Origin: Anaerolineales bacterium
Lineage (GTDB): Bacteria; Chloroflexota; Anaerolineae; Anaerolineales; UBA11579
Length of the DNA stretch: 64,000 nucleotides
Direction: 5' to 3'
Assembly: GCA_963662985.1 (NCBI GenBank)
Contig: OY760067.1
Span: 1,407,287-1,471,286 of the forward strand
How positions within the stretch are numbered: position 1 is the stretch's first letter; each line of letters starts with the position of its first letter. Position numbers and translations under genes: made by a program. Of the stretch, positions 19,632-29,076 are shown one piece after another. The notes under the pieces are model-generated. The model saw nothing but the letters and a program-made list of their open reading frames with translations, was not told the DNA's origin and did no database searches.

Positions 19632-20039
19632 ATGGTACGCATTCGTTTACGCCGAGTCGGCAGAAAAGGCCAAACAAGTTTTCGTTTGGTCGCAGCAGAT
19701 AAAGAAAGCCCCCGAGATGGTCGCTTTATTGAAGCATTAGGGTCTTATAACCCCCGCACAGAACCCGCAGCAATTCAACTCAACGATGATCGTCTTTTCT
19801 ATTGGTTGAGCGTGGGTGCTCAAATGAGCGATTCTGTTGAAAGAGTTGTCAAACAAGTTGGTTTTATGGAACGTTACGAACGTTTCAAAGCTGGTGAAGA
19901 TGTTGAAAAATTGGTTCAAGAAGCTCAAGCACTCTATGCTTCCCGTAATGTGGATCCTACAACTCGTCGCCCTGCCCCCGTTGGCAAACCAAAAGCTGTT
20001 GAAACAGCAGAAGAAGCAACCGAAGAAGCTGCTGAATAA
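19632..20039 (+). CDS. rpsP: 30S ribosomal protein S16 (with C-terminal extension)
   Basis: MVRIRLRRVG...RDGRFIE.LG.YNP. Confidence 0.97.
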   Translation: MVRIRLRRVGRKGQTSFRLVAADKESPRDGRFIEALGSYNPRTEPAAIQLNDDRLFYWLSVGAQMSDSVERVVKQVGFMERYERFKAGEDVEKLVQEAQALYASRNVDPTTRRPAPVGKPKAVETAEEATEEAAE

Positions 20040-20073
20040 GCAGTAGCCTCATTCGAGTGGGAAGGAAATAACC

Positions 20074-20307
20074 ATGAAAGCTTTGATTGAATACATCGCT
20101 CGTTCCTTGGTGGATGACCCCACTCAGGTCAATGTCACAGAGTTTAAACGTGGCAATGCTGTAGAGTTAAATTTGGAAGTCGCCAAAGATGATATGGGAC
20201 GCATTATTGGTAAAGGTGGCCGTGTGGCCAACTCCATCCGCGTCTTATTGCGTGTTGCTGCTCGTGATGGCAAACGCGCATCCTTGGAAATTGTTGAACC
20301 TAACTAA
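20074..20307 (+). CDS. khpA: KH-domain RNA-binding protein KhpA (YlqC)
   Basis: DMGRIIGKGGR GxxG motif; canonical position between rpsP and rimM. Confidence 0.92.
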   Translation: MKALIEYIARSLVDDPTQVNVTEFKRGNAVELNLEVAKDDMGRIIGKGGRVANSIRVLLRVAARDGKRASLEIVEPN

Positions 20308-20909
20308 TGGCTGAGACTTCGAATCGCAGACAAACTGCAGCTCGCAGAAGAGAACAAAATTCAGGCAGTGCTGTGCGCAACACGGCACCGTCTGAATTTT
20401 TAGCAATTGGTCGCCTTCAGAAACCACATGGTCTCAATGGCGAATTGCAAATGGGTCTCATGACTGATTTCCCTGAACGTATCAAAAAAGGTAAAAAAGT
20501 CTATATTGGAGAAGATCATCAACAGGTCACCATCCAAAACACTCGCCATCATAACGTTGGTCTTCTAGTCACATTTAATGAATTCTCTCATCGAGACGAA
20601 GTGGAATATATTCGCAATTGGTATGTCTACGTACGCATCGATGAACTCCCTAAACTCCCCCGAGGAGAATATTATCAACACCAACTCTATGGCCTTCGAG
20701 TCCAAACAGAGGAAGGCATTGAGCTGGGCACCCTCACAGAAATTATCGAAACCGGTGCGAATAACGTCTACGTTATCACTTCAGATGATAAACCTGATGT
20801 ACTTATTCCTTCCACCCATGAGGTTATCCTCAATATTGATCTCAAAACCCAAACGATTTTGGTTCACCTTCTTCCTGGTCTTCTTCCGGAAGACTTTCCC
20901 AAAAATTAA
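20307..20909 (+). CDS. rimM: Ribosome maturation factor RimM
   Basis: KPHGLNGE, EYY..L.G, TGANNV motifs. Confidence 0.95.
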   Translation: MAETSNRRQTAARRREQNSGSAVRNTAPSEFLAIGRLQKPHGLNGELQMGLMTDFPERIKKGKKVYIGEDHQQVTIQNTRHHNVGLLVTFNEFSHRDEVEYIRNWYVYVRIDELPKLPRGEYYQHQLYGLRVQTEEGIELGTLTEIIETGANNVYVITSDDKPDVLIPSTHEVILNIDLKTQTILVHLLPGLLPEDFPKN

Positions 20910-21069
20910 TTAACCGTTTAGCAAAAATTAAAAAACAAGCCTTGACAAACTTAATTTGAATATGGTATTCTGGTGTTCGTGAATTCATTCATATTTTAAT
21001 ATTAATGAAGAAAACCAATTTTAAAGAGGAAAACAAAATATTTTCAAAAAAACCTCTTTGAAGGAATTG

Positions 21070-22182
21070 ATGGATAATCAGAAAAAATTTTGGGTGGGAC
21101 TATCTCATGTCAAAGGGCTAGGACCAGTTCGATTTGAACAATTACTAGACCATTTCGGAGATATAGAAGCCATTTGGCAGGCATCTCCTGCTGTCCTAAG
21201 AGAGGTCAGCCTCCCAGAAAAAGTGATTTCAAACTTCCTCAAGATCAGAGCTAGCCTTGATCTTGACCAAATCCTTTCTGACTATCATTCCAAGAACATT
21301 TCTGTTTTGACATGGCAAGAGGATGACTATCCTCAAAGATTGCGAAACATTCCTGCTTCTCCTCCCGTGCTCTATCTCAATGGCGAGTTAGGCCCAGAAG
21401 ATCGATGGTCTGTGGGTGTTGTTGGTACGCGTAAAATTACCCAATATGGGCGTCAAGTGACGGAAGAGATTTGTGGCACTCTCGCAAGCCAAGGCATCAC
21501 CATTGTCAGTGGCCTTGCACGTGGCGTAGACACCATCGCTCACAAAGCTGCCCTCGAAGCAGGTGGCAGAACCTTAGCAATTTTAGGTTGCGGTGTAGAT
21601 CGTATTTATCCCGCAGAAAATCACGCACTTGCCCATCAAATTGTAAAAAATGGTGCGATGATCAGTGACTATGTGCCTGGAACCCCACCGGATGGCGCAA
21701 ATTTTCCGCCCCGCAATCGCATCATCTCCGGGCTAACCATGGCAACGATTGTGATTGAAGCAGGAGAACGTAGTGGAGCACTTATCACTGCCCGCAATGC
21801 CATTGAACAAGGAAAAGACGTTTTTGCAGTGCCTGGTCCCATCTATGCGCCCATGAGCAAAGGCCCTAATCGTCTTATTCAAGAAGGTGCTTTTCCTTTG
21901 TTATCAGCAAAAGATGTGCTTGATGTCCTCGACCTAGAAATGATTGAACAAAAACAAGAAGTGCAAACGGTTCTTCCCGCAGATGCTTTTGAAGTGACCT
22001 TATACGAAGCACTCAAATACGAACCTTTGCATATAGATGAAATTAAAAACAAAGTCAACATGCCGATCAACAAAGTTTCGGCAACCCTCACCATGATGGA
22101 ACTCAAAGGGTTGGTGAAACAGGTTGGTAAAATGCGTTATATGGTTATCAAAGAAATGTCTAGTGGCTATAATGCAAAATAA
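21070..22182 (+). CDS. dprA: DNA-processing protein DprA
   Basis: VGTRK, VSGLARGVD, FP.RNRIISG, SGALITA motifs; C-terminal winged helix. Confidence 0.96.
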   Translation: MDNQKKFWVGLSHVKGLGPVRFEQLLDHFGDIEAIWQASPAVLREVSLPEKVISNFLKIRASLDLDQILSDYHSKNISVLTWQEDDYPQRLRNIPASPPVLYLNGELGPEDRWSVGVVGTRKITQYGRQVTEEICGTLASQGITIVSGLARGVDTIAHKAALEAGGRTLAILGCGVDRIYPAENHALAHQIVKNGAMISDYVPGTPPDGANFPPRNRIISGLTMATIVIEAGERSGALITARNAIEQGKDVFAVPGPIYAPMSKGPNRLIQEGAFPLLSAKDVLDVLDLEMIEQKQEVQTVLPADAFEVTLYEALKYEPLHIDEIKNKVNMPINKVSATLTMMELKGLVKQVGKMRYMVIKEMSSGYNAK

Positions 22183-22195
22183 CAAGGAGCTTGAA

Positions 22196-23284
22196 ATGAA
22201 AGATTTCTATGCAGTAATCATGGCAGGCGGAGGTGGCACGCGCTTATGGCCGCTCTCCAGAATTTCACATCCTAAACAAATGCTCAATTTGATTGACGAC
22301 AATTCCTTATTCCAAATTGCCTTCAATCGTATGATGGGATTATTGTCCCCTGAACAAATTTTTGTTGTCACCGGGCAAGATCACGCAGAGACATTACAAC
22401 GTCAAGTCCCCGCCATTCCCAAAGAAAATTTCATTTTAGAACCAGAACCTCGCGGAACAGCTTCCGCAATTGGTCTCACCGCAGCCGTGTTGCAAAAACG
22501 CAATCCTAACGCCACCATGGCGGTCCTCACCGCAGATCATTTTATGAAAGATAATTTGCTCTTCCAACAAATCCTCACCGCTGCCTATCAAGTTGCACAA
22601 AAAGGTAGCTTGGTCACCCTTGGCATCACTCCCGAATTTCCCGCTACTGGTTATGGTTATATCAAACAAGGGCAAGAAGTAGGTGACTATAATGGCTTTC
22701 CTACTTATTGTGTAGATCAATTTGTTGAAAAGCCACCTCTTGAACGTGCGGAACAAATGCTTGCAGATGGCAACTACGCTTGGAATTCTGGCATGTTCAT
22801 TTGGAAGATTGAATCGATTATGCAAGAATTTGCCACTCAAATGCCCACCCTGCATCAAGCGCTTCTTCAATTACAGAGCGCTTATGACACACCTGACTAC
22901 GCTCAAGCACTTTTAGATCATTGGATTCCTTTGAGAAATGAAACCATCGACTATGGCATTATGGAAAATGCCAACAACGTGGTTGTCATCCCCGGTAAGG
23001 GCTTAGGCTGGAACGACGTCGGTAGTTGGGACTCATTTTTCTCTATCATCGAATCCAACGCAGACGGCAACATCGTCCGCGGTCCCGATATTGAAATGGT
23101 CGACACCAAGAACTCTCTTCTTTTCTCTGAAAAAGGCAATCGTCTCTTGGTCACCATTGGTGTAGAAAATATCGCCGTAATCGACACAGACGACGTCATC
23201 TTGGTCTGCAACACATCCAGAGCCCAAGATGTCAAAAAAGCGATCAGTATATTGAAAGAAAAAGATAAAGAACAATATCTCTGA
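22196..23284 (+). CDS. manC: Mannose-1-phosphate guanylyltransferase
   Basis: AGGGGTRLWPLSR..PKQ, TGYGYI, FVEKP, WNSGMF, WNDVGSW; AAGGAG RBS. Confidence 0.92.
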   Translation: MKDFYAVIMAGGGGTRLWPLSRISHPKQMLNLIDDNSLFQIAFNRMMGLLSPEQIFVVTGQDHAETLQRQVPAIPKENFILEPEPRGTASAIGLTAAVLQKRNPNATMAVLTADHFMKDNLLFQQILTAAYQVAQKGSLVTLGITPEFPATGYGYIKQGQEVGDYNGFPTYCVDQFVEKPPLERAEQMLADGNYAWNSGMFIWKIESIMQEFATQMPTLHQALLQLQSAYDTPDYAQALLDHWIPLRNETIDYGIMENANNVVVIPGKGLGWNDVGSWDSFFSIIESNADGNIVRGPDIEMVDTKNSLLFSEKGNRLLVTIGVENIAVIDTDDVILVCNTSRAQDVKKAISILKEKDKEQYL

Positions 23285-23367
23285 TCAACAAAATAGAATA
23301 AAAACAATACAACTAACATAATAAAAAAATAATCATTTATTGAACTTATTTTTGAATGGAGGTTCAC

Positions 23368-25728
23368 GTGCAAGCATATTGTGTAAAATGTAAAGAAAAA
23401 CGTGAAATGGATAACGCTGAAGCTGTTTATACTGCTTCAGGTACACCCGGCACCAAAGGTGTCTGTTCAGTTTGTGGAACCAAAATGTTCCGCATGGGTC
23501 GCACAGAAGCCCACGATGGGATCGAACCACCAGATAATCCCATCCGAAAATCCAAGAAAAAACCCATCAAACGCGAAGGGAAGCTTGTTATCGTCGAATC
23601 TCCTGCCAAGGCACGCACCGTTGGTCGTTTCCTTGGGAAAGGCTACACCGTCGAAGCATCTGTCGGTCATGTGCGCGATTTACTCCGCTCCCAGCTCTCA
23701 GTGGATGTGGAACATAATTTTGAGCCCAAATATCGCGTTCCCAATGAAAAACGCAAGATCGTCAAAGAGCTGCAAGACAAAGCTGCTCGTGCAGAAGAAA
23801 TCTACCTCGCAACCGACCCTGATCGTGAAGGAGAAGCTATCGCTTGGCATTTGCTTGAATCTGCTGAGATGGATCCTGCTATCACCAAACGTGTTGTCTT
23901 TCATGAAATCACCAAACCAGCTATTGAAGCCTCTTTTGCCGAACCCGGACAGATCAACATGGACTTGGTTGATGCTCAACAAGCTCGTCGCGTCTTAGAT
24001 CGCTTGGTTGGTTATTCCATCAGCCCCATTCTCTGGCGCAAAGTACGCAACCGCCTCACTGCAGGCCGTGTGCAATCTGTTGCCTTGCGCATCATTGTTG
24101 AACGTGAACGTGAGATTGAAGAGTTTATCCCCGATGAATACTGGCGCATCTCTGCCGACTTCACCCCAGAAAATCGTCCTAAAGATCAATATCTTGCTAA
24201 ATTAGCCAAGATTGATGGTGAAGACATTAACATCACCAGCAAAGCCGAAGCAGATCCCATCATCACGGATATGGAAAAAGCAGCCTATTTTGTTGATACT
24301 GTTAAAAAAGGCACTCGCCGCCGTAAAGCATTGGCTCCTTTTACCACCTCCACCATGCAACAAGAAGCCTCTAGCAAACTTTCTTTCACCGCACGCCGCA
24401 CCATGACCATTGCCCAACAGCTTTATGAAGGCATTGATATGGGAGATGGTGAACCCGTCGGGTTAATCACTTATATGCGTACCGACTCCGTACATGTGTC
24501 TGAACTAGCACAAAAAGAAGCCCGTGCCTATATTATTGAAACCCATGGTGAAGATTACGTTCCGGAAGAAATTCCAGAATTTAAAACCAAATCCAAAGGT
24601 GCTCAAGAAGCACATGAAGCCGTTCGTCCCACCTCCACCTTACGTACTCCCAGAGAAATGAAGTCCTTGCTCACCCGCGATCAATATCGTCTTTATCAAT
24701 TAATTTGGAATCGTTTTGTTGCTTCTCAAATGAGCCAAGCTGTTTACGAAACCATCTCTGTCACGATCAAATCTGAAACAGACTTGCATGATTATCTTTT
24801 GCGTAGCTCAGATTCCAAATTAATCTTCAAAGGCTATCTTGCTGTTTACGAAGAAACCCTCAATGAAAATGGCAATGGTAGTGAAGAACACAATGGTGTT
24901 CCTACCGATTTAGAACAAGGACAAAAACAAAATCTGCAAAAGATCAATCCCAGCCAACACTTCACCCAACCACCTGCACGCTTCTCTGAAGCGACTTTGG
25001 TACGCCAATTAGAAGAATATGGCATCGGACGTCCTTCCACTTACGCGCCCATCATCGGTACTTTGCAGCAACGCGGTTATGTCTTCCGTGAAGAAAAACG
25101 TCTTTACCCCACCGATACTGGAAAATTGGTCAATGATCTTCTTTGCGAGCATTTTCCCAACATTGTGGATGTCACTTTCACCGCTGACATGGAATCTCAA
25201 CTAGATAAGATTGCTGAAGGGGACGAAGAATGGCACAAAGTGGTTAGCGAATTTTATGGGCCTTTTGCCGAACAAGTTGAAAAAGCAGAAGAAGCTATGC
25301 CTGATGTGCGCCCCGAACCTGAAAAGGTTGGCAGAGCATGCCCAGATTGTGGCAATGACCTCATCATTCGTTGGGGCCGCTACGGCAAATTTATTGGCTG
25401 TAGCACTTATCCTGAATGTCGCTACACAGAAGCTTGGTTAGAACGCATTAACGTCAAATGTGATCACTGTGAAACAGGGGAAATCGTCGAACGCCGCACC
25501 CGCAAAGGGCGTGTATTCTACGGTTGTGATCAATACCCAGAATGTGATTTCACTAGCTGGAAGAAACCAGTGGCTCATAAATGTCCTTCTTGTAAAGACG
25601 GTATGTTAGTTGAATTAAACAAACGCCAATACCAATGTCTTTCTTGTGAAGAGATCGTAGATCAATCTCTATTTGAATCAGAAGATGAAAATATAGACAG
25701 CTCAGTCGAACAGACTCTGGAAGCGTAG
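23368..25728 (+). CDS. topA: DNA topoisomerase I with N-terminal DUF5679-type zinc ribbon and C-terminal zinc ribbons
   Basis: IVESPAKA TOPRIM, TDPDREGE, GRVQS, ITYMRTDS catalytic Tyr; GTG start after GGAGG. Confidence 0.97.
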   Translation: MQAYCVKCKEKREMDNAEAVYTASGTPGTKGVCSVCGTKMFRMGRTEAHDGIEPPDNPIRKSKKKPIKREGKLVIVESPAKARTVGRFLGKGYTVEASVGHVRDLLRSQLSVDVEHNFEPKYRVPNEKRKIVKELQDKAARAEEIYLATDPDREGEAIAWHLLESAEMDPAITKRVVFHEITKPAIEASFAEPGQINMDLVDAQQARRVLDRLVGYSISPILWRKVRNRLTAGRVQSVALRIIVEREREIEEFIPDEYWRISADFTPENRPKDQYLAKLAKIDGEDINITSKAEADPIITDMEKAAYFVDTVKKGTRRRKALAPFTTSTMQQEASSKLSFTARRTMTIAQQLYEGIDMGDGEPVGLITYMRTDSVHVSELAQKEARAYIIETHGEDYVPEEIPEFKTKSKGAQEAHEAVRPTSTLRTPREMKSLLTRDQYRLYQLIWNRFVASQMSQAVYETISVTIKSETDLHDYLLRSSDSKLIFKGYLAVYEETLNENGNGSEEHNGVPTDLEQGQKQNLQKINPSQHFTQPPARFSEATLVRQLEEYGIGRPSTYAPIIGTLQQRGYVFREEKRLYPTDTGKLVNDLLCEHFPNIVDVTFTADMESQLDKIAEGDEEWHKVVSEFYGPFAEQVEKAEEAMPDVRPEPEKVGRACPDCGNDLIIRWGRYGKFIGCSTYPECRYTEAWLERINVKCDHCETGEIVERRTRKGRVFYGCDQYPECDFTSWKKPVAHKCPSCKDGMLVELNKRQYQCLSCEEIVDQSLFESEDENIDSSVEQTLEA

Positions 25729-25746
25729 AGAATATTTTTTAACAAC

Positions 25747-25774
25747 AAAAGCTGGTGAATTTCACCAGCTTTTT
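25747..25774. terminator. Bidirectional terminator between topA and adhE
   Basis: AAAAGCTGGTGAA-T-TTCACCAGCTTTTT. Confidence 0.85.
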
Positions 25775-25935
25775 TATTACTTTCGCTTATTTGTGTCCCA
25801 GAAGCTATGTTCAAATCAGTCGTATCTCTTACTGCTTCTGGAACACACACAGCGTTGAGAAAGAGTTTTTGAAGAAACGTATTTCAATCGCAAGAAATTT
25901 TTGTCCGTTTATTTCCGAATGAACTACGTGGCTAA

Positions 25936-28569
25936 TTATTGGATTGGTTTCCCATAATAAGCATCCAAGTAAAGTTGTTTGATTTCAGCAATCAATGGAT
26001 AGCGAGGATTCGCGCCCGTGCATTGGTCATCAAAGGCATTTTCAGATAGCTCATCCAAAACTTCCAAGAAATCTTTTTCTTTGATTCCATAGGCTTGAAT
26101 GCTCTTTGGAATGTTCAATTCTTCTTTCAAAGTTTCGATTGCATCAATCAACGCTTTCACTTTATCTTCTTTGGTCTTGCCACCTAATTCCAGATAATTT
26201 GCAATCTTGGCATAGCGGCTGGCAGAAGAGGGGTGGTCGTATTGCGGGAATGCAGTCAACTTCGTCGGTGCATCATCAGCGTTATAACGGATCACATAAC
26301 TGATGAGCAAAGCATTTGCTACGCCATGTGGCACATTAAAAGCTGCCCCAAGTTTGTGTGCCATTGAGTGGCAGATGCCCAAGAATGCGTTGGCAAATGC
26401 CATCCCTGCCAAAGTAGACGCATTGTGAACACGTTCTCGTGCATAAGGATTGTCGGCACCTTCTTTATAAGCCGCAGGCAAATACTTGAACATTACCCGC
26501 AAACTTTCCAAAGCCAACCCATTTGTATAATCCGTGGCTAATACAGACACAAATGCTTCAATTGCATGCACAATTCCGTCAATCCCAGAAGCAGCGGTCA
26601 AACCTTTAGGCATATTCAAAACTAATTCGCTATCGATAATTGCCATATCAGGCGTAATTGCATAATCTGCCAATGGATATTTCACATGTGTTTTTGCATC
26701 GGTCACCACAGAGAACGGAGTCACTTCAGAGCCAGTCCCAGAGGTGGTCGGGATAGCTACGAAGTAAGCCTTGCGTCCCAATTCGGGGAATTCATAAATG
26801 CGTTTGCGAATATCCATGAAGCGCATTGCCATTCCGTCGAAGTCCATATTTGGATTTTCATAGAGCAACCACATCACTTTTGCGGCATCCATCGGAGAGC
26901 CACCGCCTAAAGCAATAATCACATCCGGGTTGAAGTCACGCATTCGTGCCACACCTTCTTCCACCACTTCAAAAGTGGGGTCAGGGATCACATTGTGGAA
27001 AATCTCTACTTCAATTTCCATCGGTTCCAAGATGGAAGTGATTCGATCTGTATATCCCAAGTCAAACAAGGGTTTATCGGTTACTAAGAAGGCGCGCTTC
27101 TTCCCTTTAAGTTCTTGTAATGCCACTGGCAAAGAACCATACTTATGATAGATTCGAGAAGGCACACGGAACCATTGCATGTTCTCGCGTCGTTCCGCAA
27201 TTCGTTTGATGTTCAAAAGATGTTTCACGCCCACATTTTCACTCACAGCATTCCCTCCCCAGGAACCACAACCCAAAGTTAAAGAGGGTTCCAACATAAA
27301 GTTATATAGATCACCGATTGCCCCTTGGGAAGCAGGCATATTCACCAACACACGTCCAGCATTCATCCGTTCCCCAAATTCCTTGATTCGTTCAGTATTC
27401 ATCGGATCAGTAAACAACAATGACGTATGTCCAATACCGCCTTCGTTAACGATTTGAGCGGTGTAATTTAAGCCTTGTTCGTAGCTAGAAAAGCGCAGCA
27501 TTCCCAACACCGGAGAAAGTTTTTCGTGAATGAAAGGATCTTTTCGATCAGGAGAGTCACATTCACCAATTAAAATCTTCGTATTTTCGGGCACAGTCAC
27601 ATCGCCCATTGCAGCAATCTTGGCAGCGCTTTGCCCCACGATCGCAGCGTTCAATGATTGATCTCGCAAGATCACTTCATCAATGCGCTTCTTTTCTGCT
27701 TTGGTCAAAATATGCGCCCCAGCATCAGACAGCATTTGTTTCACTTTGTCATATACCGAATCTTGCACCACAATCACTTGTTCAGAGGCACACACCACTC
27801 CATTATCAAATGTCTTGGACATAATCACAGCATTGATTGCCATGCGCAAATCTGCGGTCTCATCAATCAAAGCAGGGGTGTTCCCTGGCCCCACACCAAT
27901 TGCAGGTGTCCCAGAAGAATATGCAGCTTTCACCATCCCCGGACCACCGGTGGCCAAGATCAAAGAAATATCCTTGTGTTGCATCAAGCGATTCGAAAGA
28001 TCTAAGCTTGGTTCTTCAATGCACGCAATGATGTTTTTTGGAGCCCCAGCTTCCACAGCTGCATCCAAAATAATCTTCGCTGCTTCAGCAGTGCTTTTCT
28101 TTGCATTGGGGTGTGGAGAAAAAATAATCCCATTACGAGTCTTCAAACTAATCAAAGATTTGAAAATCGTGGTCGAGGTGGGATTTGTGGTCGGGATAAT
28201 TCCGGCAATCACACCAATCGGTTCGGCAACTTTATAGATTCCATAAGAAGATTCGTGCTCCAAGATGCCCACGGTTTTTTCATCTTTATATTTGTTATAA
28301 ATAAATTCAGAAGAAAAATGGTTCTTGATTACCTTGTCTTCCAAGATCCCCATTTTAGTTTCTTCCACAGCCATCTTGGCCAATCGGATTCGTGCTTCGT
28401 TTGCAGCGAGAGAAGCAGCACGGAAAATTTTGTCCACTTGGGCTTGGGTGTAGGTTGAAAATTCTTTTTGCGCCTTCACAACCTTAGCAACCATTGTTTC
28501 GAATTGATCTTCGACGGAGGCGGTTGCATCAATTTTTGTTTTCTCAGACATTGTTTTTTCTGCCATCAT
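25936..28569 (-). CDS. adhE: Bifunctional acetaldehyde-CoA/alcohol dehydrogenase
   Basis: ATGGPGMV, FDNGVVCASEQ, LTLGCGSWGGN linker, GGGSPMD, PTTSGTGSE, CHSMAH. Confidence 0.98.
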   Translation of the reverse strand: MMAEKTMSEKTKIDATASVEDQFETMVAKVVKAQKEFSTYTQAQVDKIFRAASLAANEARIRLAKMAVEETKMGILEDKVIKNHFSSEFIYNKYKDEKTVGILEHESSYGIYKVAEPIGVIAGIIPTTNPTSTTIFKSLISLKTRNGIIFSPHPNAKKSTAEAAKIILDAAVEAGAPKNIIACIEEPSLDLSNRLMQHKDISLILATGGPGMVKAAYSSGTPAIGVGPGNTPALIDETADLRMAINAVIMSKTFDNGVVCASEQVIVVQDSVYDKVKQMLSDAGAHILTKAEKKRIDEVILRDQSLNAAIVGQSAAKIAAMGDVTVPENTKILIGECDSPDRKDPFIHEKLSPVLGMLRFSSYEQGLNYTAQIVNEGGIGHTSLLFTDPMNTERIKEFGERMNAGRVLVNMPASQGAIGDLYNFMLEPSLTLGCGSWGGNAVSENVGVKHLLNIKRIAERRENMQWFRVPSRIYHKYGSLPVALQELKGKKRAFLVTDKPLFDLGYTDRITSILEPMEIEVEIFHNVIPDPTFEVVEEGVARMRDFNPDVIIALGGGSPMDAAKVMWLLYENPNMDFDGMAMRFMDIRKRIYEFPELGRKAYFVAIPTTSGTGSEVTPFSVVTDAKTHVKYPLADYAITPDMAIIDSELVLNMPKGLTAASGIDGIVHAIEAFVSVLATDYTNGLALESLRVMFKYLPAAYKEGADNPYARERVHNASTLAGMAFANAFLGICHSMAHKLGAAFNVPHGVANALLISYVIRYNADDAPTKLTAFPQYDHPSSASRYAKIANYLELGGKTKEDKVKALIDAIETLKEELNIPKSIQAYGIKEKDFLEVLDELSENAFDDQCTGANPRYPLIAEIKQLYLDAYYGKPIQ

Positions 28570-28594
28570 ACAACTCCTTTATGAATGAATAAGA

Positions 28595-28726
28595 CTGTTA
28601 TTTAATTCACAATCTAAGGATAAAAAAATAAGTTGAATAATTCCTGTTTTTGATTGTGATTATTTTCACAAATAAATATACCAAGAGGTGAGGATAAAAT
28701 CAAGTGATTTGTGATAAATTTCACAA
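28595..28726 (-). promoter_or_regulatory. adhE promoter with three Rex operators
   Basis: Minus-strand TTGATT(28703-28698)-17-TATATT(28680-28675); boxes TTGTGATTATTTTCACAA 28654-28671, TTGTGATAAATTTCACAA 28709-28726 and CTGTTATTTAATTCACAA 28595-28612 match the Rex consensus TTGTGAA-N4-TTCACAA. Confidence 0.88.
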
Positions 28727-28813
28727 ATAAAAGATGAGAGTTTTCTAAACTTCAAAATAGCCTAAAAAAACATCATGGGAGTAAAAAAGATGGGAAAAAT
28801 CTGGAAAATAGAG

Positions 28814-28975
28814 AAAAAAAAGAAATAAGGAGTTTTGTTCCGCCTTAGCTTGCACCAAAGCGGAACAAAAAAGGAAAACTTGAGTGTACGCACTTTCATG
28901 AATTATGAAGGATTCCTATTGACCAGATAGGGTGTTAGATTTGTGAAAGTGTCTTTTCCTCGTTACTTATTTCAC
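28814..28975 (-). ncRNA. Candidate Rex-repressed small RNA (or long adhE leader)
   Basis: Separate promoter TTGACG-17-TATAAA, Rex-like box at the start, strong hairpin 28833-28870 followed by a U-rich tract, no ORF with a good RBS. Confidence 0.4.
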
Positions 28976-29008
28976 AATCTTTATACACTATTTCAATAAA
29001 TACGTCAA
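28960..29008 (-). promoter_or_regulatory. Second sigma70-type promoter with an adjacent Rex box
   Basis: -35 at 29008-29003, -10 at 28985-28980, box TTGTGAAATAAGTAACGA (minus) at 28977-28960. Confidence 0.65.
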
Positions 29009-29076
29009 TACTGAAAAAATAAAAGGATGTTTTTGTCAAATTTATGAATATAATTTGAAATCTAATTGATTCTAAT

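Noticed and set aside
28770-28899. Small minus-strand ORF (MKVRTLKFSFF...) upstream of adhE
   Set aside because: No well-spaced RBS, and the frame runs through the hairpin and U tract; treated as noncoding
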